The position numbers and the translations under genes are program-made. Below the pieces are notes generated by a model that was not told where the DNA came from, did not search any database, and worked only from the letters and a program-made list of their open reading frames with translations. 64,000 bases of DNA from an uncultured Fusobacterium sp. (GTDB lineage: Bacteria > Fusobacteriota > Fusobacteriia > Fusobacteriales > Fusobacteriaceae): assembly GCA_963530445.1 (NCBI GenBank), contig CAUSCM010000002.1, forward strand, positions 16,229 to 80,228. The letters run 5' to 3'. Position 1 is the first letter of the stretch, and each line of letters begins with the position of its first letter. This document shows, piece after piece, positions 58,004-64,000 of this stretch.

Positions 58004-60769
58004 TTATTTTGCCTTGGCCCAATTTTCTCCAACATTTATATTAATTGCTAGTTTAACATCATCAAGTTGAACTGTATCTGTCATAATTTTAGATAAATCC
58101 TTTTCATATTTTTCAACAGCATCTTTATCTAATTCAAAAATTAATTCATCGTGTACTTGCAACAATAATTTTATATCATTCTTATCACTCAAAAAATTAT
58201 TGATTTTTATCATAACTTTTTTTAAAATTTCTGCAGCTGTTCCTTGAATAACTGTATTTACTGCCATTCTTTCAGCTTGAGATTTTATATTTTTATTTTT
58301 TGAATTAATACCATCAATAAATCTCTTTCTTCCAAAGTGAGTTTTTACATAATTATTTTCTTCAGCAAAATTTACGATTTCTTTCTCGAAACTTGTAACT
58401 CTTGGATATTTTTGAAAATATTTATGAATGTATTCTGTTGCATCTTTTACGGGTATTTTTAGCTCTTTTGCAAGTCCAAAAGGAGTTTTTCCGTAAATGA
58501 TACTAAAATTAATTATTTTTGCAACTGTTCTCTGTTCTCTTGTTACTGTATCATCTGATGATAAATCAAAAATCCCTCTGGCAGTTAAATCGTGTAAATC
58601 TTTATTCTCTCTATATGCCTCAATTAAATTTTCATCCTTACAAAGAGAAGCTAATACCCTAAGTTCAACTTGAGAATAGTCTATACTCATTAAAATCTTT
58701 CCTTCTTCAGCAACAAAACCTTCCCTAATTTTTATTCCATCATCAGTTTTTACAGGAATATTTTGTAAATTAGGTTCTGATGAGGATAGCCTACCTGTTA
58801 CAGTACCAATTTGATTGAAACTTGTGTGTATTCTTGAATTTTTATCAACAAGTTGAGGAAGAGTATCCACATAAGTTGTCTTTAATTTGTTTAATTTTCT
58901 ATAATCAAGCAAAAGTCTTGCAATATTATAACCCCAGCTTTCTAAATCTTCTAAAACTGTAACATCAGTTGAATAACCTGTCTTTGTTTTCTTTCCACTT
59001 GGTAGGTTTAACTTAACAAATAAAATTTCTCCTAATTGTTTTGGTGAATTTAAATTAAATTCTTCTCCTGCTTCATTAAAAATTTCTCTTTCAATCTTTT
59101 CAATCTCTTTTCCTAATTCCACAGAATAATTTTTAAAATAATCTACATCAACCTTAATACCATTCTTTTCCATTTGAGATAAAACTTTTATTAAAGGCAT
59201 CTCAGTTTCATTCAATACTTCTAATAGCTCATCTTTTTTCAATAAATAATTAATCTCGTCATAGATGGCTAAAAATCCTCTTCCTATTTTAAACAGATAT
59301 TCTGAAAAATCTTCCCCAGAAATTAGAGCAGTATCAGTTTTTCCAAATCTATCTTTGAAATTTTGAGCTTCTATTTTTGAATATTCAATTATAGGAATAG
59401 AAGGATCTATTTTTGTTTGAGAGCTTATAAGATGGTAAGCTATCATCATATCCATATACATATATTTAAATTTAAAACCTTGATTTAAAAGAGCTTTAAA
59501 ATTATATGAAATAAATTTTATATCTAATTTCTCAATAAAATTTATCAAAACTTCTTTATTTAAATTTTTCGATAAAAGTCCTCCATGATTTAGTGGAAAA
59601 TATAAATCCTTTTCTTCTGTCGATAAAACGACTCCCAGTTCCTCGAAATAAATTGAAGCAATTTTTTTATAAGATTCAAGATATATTTTTTGACTTTCCA
59701 ATTTTTCAAAACTATCAATTACCATAAGTTCTCTTAAAGAAAAATCTAAATTTATTTCTTTTGTAAATTCTACTTTTATTTTTTCTACTTCATTATTAGA
59801 ATAAGAATTTCCAAATAGAGTCATATTTGAACTTTTATTTTCTATAGATGAATTTAACTCTGTATTCCCACTGCTATCAGATAAATCTTCTAAACTCATT
59901 TTTTTTATAAACATTTTAAATTCTAAAGTTTTACAAAGTTGATACATTCTTTCTCTATCTAACTCATATTTTAAATTTTCATCTTTTATTTCAATATCTA
60001 AGTCTGTAAAAATTTGAGCTAGCTCTCTACTCATAAAGGCAATATCTTTTTCATTGATTATATTATTTATAAGTGATGGACCTATTCCATCAATATTTTT
60101 TAATTTATCGACATTCTCATAAATTTTTTCCAGACTATCATATTCTGTAAAAATAGCTAGAGCTTTTTTCTCCCCAATTTTTGTAACACCCGGTATACCG
60201 TCACTCTTATCTCCAATAAGTCCAAATAAATCAGGAATTTTTTCTGGAACTACTCCTAAATATTTCACAACATCATCATCAGTTTTTAAGATACCAAATT
60301 TTTCTCCTTCTGTACCTTTTCCAAGCAAAGCCACAGTAATATTTTTACTAACAAGTTGTGATAAATCTTTATCTCCAGTTACAATTATAACTTCCACATC
60401 CTGAGTAGCCAATTTTTTAGCCAAACTTCCTAGGACATCATCAGCTTCGTAACCTTCAAATTTATATCTATTTATATTATAAGCATCCAAAACTTCTTCT
60501 ATTCTTGGAATTTGAATAATCAAATCTTCAGGTGCTGACTGTCTATTTGATTTATATTCTTTGTAAATTTCTGTTCTTTTTAGTGAAGATCTTTTCACGT
60601 CAAAAGCTGCAGCCATATAATTTGGTTGAAATTCATTTATTATACTAAGTAAAGTATTTATAAATCCATAGACTGCACCTGTCGGTTCAGTTTTTGTTCT
60701 AAAATTCATATTTGCAAAATATGCTCTGTACATTATTGCACTCACATCCAAAAGAACTGCTTTTTTCAT
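58004..60769 (-). CDS. polA: DNA polymerase I
   Basis: 921 aa. N-terminal 5'-nuclease and C-terminal family A polymerase motifs (DYSQVELR, RTVAKIINFSIIYG, QVHDEL). Confidence 0.95.
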   Translation of the reverse strand: MKKAVLLDVSAIMYRAYFANMNFRTKTEPTGAVYGFINTLLSIINEFQPNYMAAAFDVKRSSLKRTEIYKEYKSNRQSAPEDLIIQIPRIEEVLDAYNINRYKFEGYEADDVLGSLAKKLATQDVEVIIVTGDKDLSQLVSKNITVALLGKGTEGEKFGILKTDDDVVKYLGVVPEKIPDLFGLIGDKSDGIPGVTKIGEKKALAIFTEYDSLEKIYENVDKLKNIDGIGPSLINNIINEKDIAFMSRELAQIFTDLDIEIKDENLKYELDRERMYQLCKTLEFKMFIKKMSLEDLSDSSGNTELNSSIENKSSNMTLFGNSYSNNEVEKIKVEFTKEINLDFSLRELMVIDSFEKLESQKIYLESYKKIASIYFEELGVVLSTEEKDLYFPLNHGGLLSKNLNKEVLINFIEKLDIKFISYNFKALLNQGFKFKYMYMDMMIAYHLISSQTKIDPSIPIIEYSKIEAQNFKDRFGKTDTALISGEDFSEYLFKIGRGFLAIYDEINYLLKKDELLEVLNETEMPLIKVLSQMEKNGIKVDVDYFKNYSVELGKEIEKIEREIFNEAGEEFNLNSPKQLGEILFVKLNLPSGKKTKTGYSTDVTVLEDLESWGYNIARLLLDYRKLNKLKTTYVDTLPQLVDKNSRIHTSFNQIGTVTGRLSSSEPNLQNIPVKTDDGIKIREGFVAEEGKILMSIDYSQVELRVLASLCKDENLIEAYRENKDLHDLTARGIFDLSSDDTVTREQRTVAKIINFSIIYGKTPFGLAKELKIPVKDATEYIHKYFQKYPRVTSFEKEIVNFAEENNYVKTHFGRKRFIDGINSKNKNIKSQAERMAVNTVIQGTAAEILKKVMIKINNFLSDKNDIKLLLQVHDELIFELDKDAVEKYEKDLSKIMTDTVQLDDVKLAININVGENWAKAK

Positions 60770-60789
60770 AACTTACTCCTTATCAATTT

Positions 60790-61449
60790 TTATTTATGGA
60801 ATCCTAAATCTGCAGGGTTAATATCTCCAGAAATATGCTTTAACTCTCCACCATTTTCTTCAAATTTTTTTCTATTTTCTGTAACTTTTTTTATAAAAGT
60901 AACTGTCTCAGTCTCTAAGTTTTTAAGATTAAATCTCCCAAGTGACCAGTAGTCAATTACAAGCCTGCTATCTCCAAATATTTTTGAAACTTTCAACTGA
61001 GTTGCAATTTCTAAGGCTAAATATAAACCTAAAAGTTCTCCAAAATTATTAGTTCTTCTTTTATCTAATTGAATATTTCCAAATTCATTTATAGTCCATT
61101 TTTTATTTTCTAAAAATTTCTCAAACTTTTCATCCCTAATACTTTCTATTAAACTTTTCTTATTTTTATCAGTTATCCTAACTTCGACTCCAAGTCCACG
61201 ACCAGTGCCTGCGTCAAAATAAACTGCATCTTCTAATTTTTGATTTTGAAGTATTTTTCTTTCTAAAGTTTCAGATTTTTTTTCATAGATGGCCCCATTG
61301 TTCAGCCAAAATTCAGCTTCTTCTTTACTTGTAAAAGATTTATATCTTGCACTCGTTCCTTGAACAATTTTTTTACATTCGTCCCAGCTATTTTTTATCC
61401 CCATATTATTTGTATCAAAAAAATAAGCATAATATTTTTCTTTTGCCAT
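60790..61449 (-). CDS. RNase H1-type protein with N-terminal hybrid-binding (viroplasmin-like) domain
   Basis: 219 aa. YYAY...F.SKEEAE.W hybrid-binding domain, then an RNase H fold with D/E/D/D candidates (FDAGTG, GELLG, GDSRL, SGDINPAD). Confidence 0.75.
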   Translation of the reverse strand: MAKEKYYAYFFDTNNMGIKNSWDECKKIVQGTSARYKSFTSKEEAEFWLNNGAIYEKKSETLERKILQNQKLEDAVYFDAGTGRGLGVEVRITDKNKKSLIESIRDEKFEKFLENKKWTINEFGNIQLDKRRTNNFGELLGLYLALEIATQLKVSKIFGDSRLVIDYWSLGRFNLKNLETETVTFIKKVTENRKKFEENGGELKHISGDINPADLGFHK

Positions 61450-61613
61450 TTCACACCTCTCAACAATGATATCACATTTAAAATTTTAATTCAAATTAAA
61501 TAATTATCGCCATTTCATTAATAAAATTCATTTATTCATAAATTTTATATATTTTATAAAGTGAATAAAAAGGTGTATTATAGATAAAATATACTTTAAA
61601 AGGAGATGATATA

Positions 61614-63116
61614 ATGAAAAAAATATTTTATTTTTTGCTAGCACTAACTTTATTTTTAGTTGGTTGTGGACAGAAAGCTGAGGAAGGTAACAAAGAAAAA
61701 ATTGTTACAATTGCACAAGGAGCTAAACCAAAATCTTTAGATCCTTATATGTATAACTCAATTCCAGATTTATTAGTTTCAAGACAATTTTATAACACTT
61801 TATTTACAAAAGATAAAGATGGAAATATAAAACCTGAACTTGTAGATACTTATGAATATGCAAATGATAAAGAATTAGATATCGTTTTGAAAAAGGGAGT
61901 AAAATTCCATGACGGTAGTGAATTGACTGCTGATGATGTAGTATTTAGTTTTGATACAATGAAACAAAAACCCGGAGCATCAATTATGATAGAAGAAATT
62001 GATAAGGTCGAAAAAGTAAACGACTATGAAGTTAAAATTTTATTGAAGAGACCATCTTCTCCTCTATTATTTAATTTGGCTCATCCATTAACATCAATTA
62101 TAAATAAAAAATATGTTGAAGCTGGAAATGACTTAAATGTTTCACCTATGGGAACTGGAGCATTTAAACTTACTTCATACAATGATGGTGAAAAAATAGA
62201 GCTTGAATCTTTTGCGGATTATTTTGAAGGAGCTCCAAAAATTCAAAAATTAATAATAAGAGCTATAGCAGAAGATCAAAGTAGACTTGCTGCTTTAGAA
62301 ACTGGAGAAATCGATTTAGCTACTGGTATTGCTCCAATCGACAGCCAAACTGTTGAAGCTAACGATAAACTAGCTATAATTTCTGAACCAACTACTGCAA
62401 CTGAATACATTACTTTAAATGTTGAAAAAGCACCATTTAATAATAAAGATTTTAGACTTGCATTAAACTATGCTATCGATAAACAAAGTATAATTGATTC
62501 AATTTTCTTAGGAAAAGCTAAAATTGCAAAATCAATAGTTAATCCATCTGTTTTTGGATATTATGAAAGACTTGAAGGTTTTGCTTTCAATCCAGAAAAA
62601 GCAAAAGAATTAGTTAAAAAATCTGGAGTAAAAAATACTTCATTCTCACTTTACGTCAACGATAATCCTGTTAGATTACAAGTAGCTCAAATTATTCAAG
62701 CTAATTTGAAAGAAATTGGAATTGATATGAAGATTGAAACTCTTGAATGGGGAACTTATTTACAAAAAACTGGAGAAGGAGATTTCCAAGCTTATTTAGG
62801 TGGTTGGGTATCAGGAACTTCTGATGCTGATATCGTTTTATATCCATTACTTGATAGTAAATCAATTGGTTTCTCAGGAAACAGAGCAAGATATGCAAAT
62901 CCTGCTTTTGATAAAGAAGTGGAAGAAGCAAGAGTTGTTGTTAGCCCTGAAGAAAGAAAAGAACATTATAAAAATGCACAATTAATGGCTCAAGAAGATT
63001 CTCCTCTTGTTGTTCTATATAATAAAAATGAAAATATAGGTCTTAATAAGAGAATAATTAATTTCGAATACGAACCTACATTAATGCATAAATTTAAAAA
63101 TATAGATGTAAAATAG
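61614..63116 (+). CDS. ABC transporter substrate-binding lipoprotein, family 5 (peptide/nickel type), orphan
   Basis: 500 aa with lipobox LVGC-G and an OppA/DppA-like pattern. No permease or ATPase genes are adjacent. Confidence 0.8.
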   Translation: MKKIFYFLLALTLFLVGCGQKAEEGNKEKIVTIAQGAKPKSLDPYMYNSIPDLLVSRQFYNTLFTKDKDGNIKPELVDTYEYANDKELDIVLKKGVKFHDGSELTADDVVFSFDTMKQKPGASIMIEEIDKVEKVNDYEVKILLKRPSSPLLFNLAHPLTSIINKKYVEAGNDLNVSPMGTGAFKLTSYNDGEKIELESFADYFEGAPKIQKLIIRAIAEDQSRLAALETGEIDLATGIAPIDSQTVEANDKLAIISEPTTATEYITLNVEKAPFNNKDFRLALNYAIDKQSIIDSIFLGKAKIAKSIVNPSVFGYYERLEGFAFNPEKAKELVKKSGVKNTSFSLYVNDNPVRLQVAQIIQANLKEIGIDMKIETLEWGTYLQKTGEGDFQAYLGGWVSGTSDADIVLYPLLDSKSIGFSGNRARYANPAFDKEVEEARVVVSPEERKEHYKNAQLMAQEDSPLVVLYNKNENIGLNKRIINFEYEPTLMHKFKNIDVK

Positions 63117-63161
63117 TAAAATTAATATTGTTAGAGATTAATATATAGAAAGGATGTTAAA

Positions 63162-64000
63162 ATGAATATTGATTTAAAATATATAATTGATAAAACTGTT
63201 GAACTTTTAGCAATACCTAGTCCTGTTGGATATACTCATCATGCCATTGAATGGGTTGAAAAAGAATTAAAAACTTTAGGAGTAAAAGATTATTCTCTTA
63301 CTAGAAAAGGGGCTTTACTTGCTTTTATAAAAGGAGAAGATTCAAATTATAAAAAAATGATTTCAGCTCACGTTGATACTTTAGGTGCTGTTGTGAAAAA
63401 AGTGAAAAAAAATGGTAGACTTGAAGTTACAAATGTTGGTGGTTATGCTTGGGGATCAGTTGAAGGAGAACATGTAACTATACACACATTATCAGGAAAA
63501 ACTTACACTGGAACATTATTACCTGTGAAAGCTTCAGTTCACGTCTATGGAGATGTTGCAAGAGAAATGCCAAGAACGGAAGAAACAATGGAAGTAAGAA
63601 TTGATGAAGATGTAAGATCTGCAGAAGATGTTTTAGCTCTTGGAATTTTACAAGGAGATTTTGTATCATTTGAAACTCGTACTAAAGTTTTAGAAAATGG
63701 TTATATTAAATCAAGATATTTAGATGATAAACTTTGTGTGGCTCAAGTTTTAGGTTATATCAAATATTTAAAAGACAATAACTTAAAACCTAGAACTGAT
63801 TTATATGTTTATTTCTCTAATTATGAAGAAATTGGACATGGAGTTTCTGTATTCCCTGAAGATTTAGATGAGTTTATTGCAATAGACATAGGTCTTGTTG
63901 CTGGAGATGATGCTCACGGAGATGAAAAGAAAGTAAATATTATTGCAAAAGATAGCAGAAGTCCTTACGATTATGTTCTAACTAAAAAATTAAGAGAGGC
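63162..64000 (+). CDS. M42-family metallo-aminopeptidase (3' end beyond the window)
   Basis: ATG at 63162. MNIDLKYIIDKTVELLAIPSPVGYT...SAHVDTLG...SRYLDDK...NYEEIGHG. Not in the ORF track because it is truncated. Confidence 0.8.
   Translation, partial: MNIDLKYIIDKTVELLAIPSPVGYTHHAIEWVEKELKTLGVKDYSLTRKGALLAFIKGEDSNYKKMISAHVDTLGAVVKKVKKNGRLEVTNVGGYAWGSVEGEHVTIHTLSGKTYTGTLLPVKASVHVYGDVAREMPRTEETMEVRIDEDVRSAEDVLALGILQGDFVSFETRTKVLENGYIKSRYLDDKLCVAQVLGYIKYLKDNNLKPRTDLYVYFSNYEEIGHGVSVFPEDLDEFIAIDIGLVAGDDAHGDEKKVNIIAKDSRSPYDYVLTKKLRE

Noticed and set aside
61467-61474. 8-bp palindrome TGATATCA upstream of the RNase H1-like gene as a regulator (Fur-like) site
   Set aside because: It is too short, is expected by chance in AT-rich DNA, and has no extended Fur-box similarity.
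1-64000. CRISPR arrays, tRNA/rRNA genes, transposases, integrases, prophage or known defence systems
   Set aside because: I saw no regularly spaced repeats, no ~75-nt GC-rich cloverleaf candidates, and no recombinase or nuclease-ATPase defence-like ORFs in the six-frame track. The only GC-rich islands are terminator hairpins.

Overview
Very AT-rich chromosomal segment. GC was not computed. The Gram-negative envelope genes (TolC, RND pump, GT9 heptosyltransferase, lipoproteins) and the overall gene content look Fusobacterium-like, but that assignment is inference only. About 55 intact CDS fill almost the whole window, mostly housekeeping.

Gene content in order:
- bioF-bioG-bioC
- a three-gene Fe3+/thiamine-class ABC importer
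- a TetR-TolC-MFP-RND efflux operon ending in a small PII-like ORF
- typA, truB, cstA
- an ~18 kb co-directional minus-strand block running from DUF445, ruvB, rrf2, rsmE and mtaB, through a LytR_C protein, an MreD-like protein, mrdA and rnj, then yhbY, dxs and an HD-HTH protein, to tlyA, ctp, rsmI, rbgA, a MORN protein and nadE
- an M18 aminopeptidase, recQ, and a 1626-aa thioester alpha-2-macroglobulin lipoprotein
- a divergent DAACS transporter / cysteine-desulfidase-family pair
- mglBAC plus ROK glucokinase, trxB, an MBL hydrolase, trkH, GT9, pssA, polA, an RNase H1-like gene, an orphan family-5 SBP and a truncated M42 peptidase

I saw no rRNA, tRNA, CRISPR array, transposase, integrase or recognisable defence system.

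The most unusual signals are at the DNA/RNA level:
1. A ~93-bp direct repeat (CDS 3' end plus spacer plus terminator) brackets the ABC importer cassette.
2. Seven copies of one GC-rich terminator hairpin occur, and their G.U versus A.C asymmetry indicates which strand uses each copy.
3. A 144-nt multi-helix imperfect palindrome lies between convergent genes at 47779-47922.

Protein-level candidates for undescribed biology:
- the PII-like ORF translationally coupled to the RND pump
- an HD phosphohydrolase fused to a sigma-r4-like HTH
- a lysine-rich extension on RNase J
- an ATG-less open frame wedged between trxB and glk

All family calls come from reading the translations. No searches were run.
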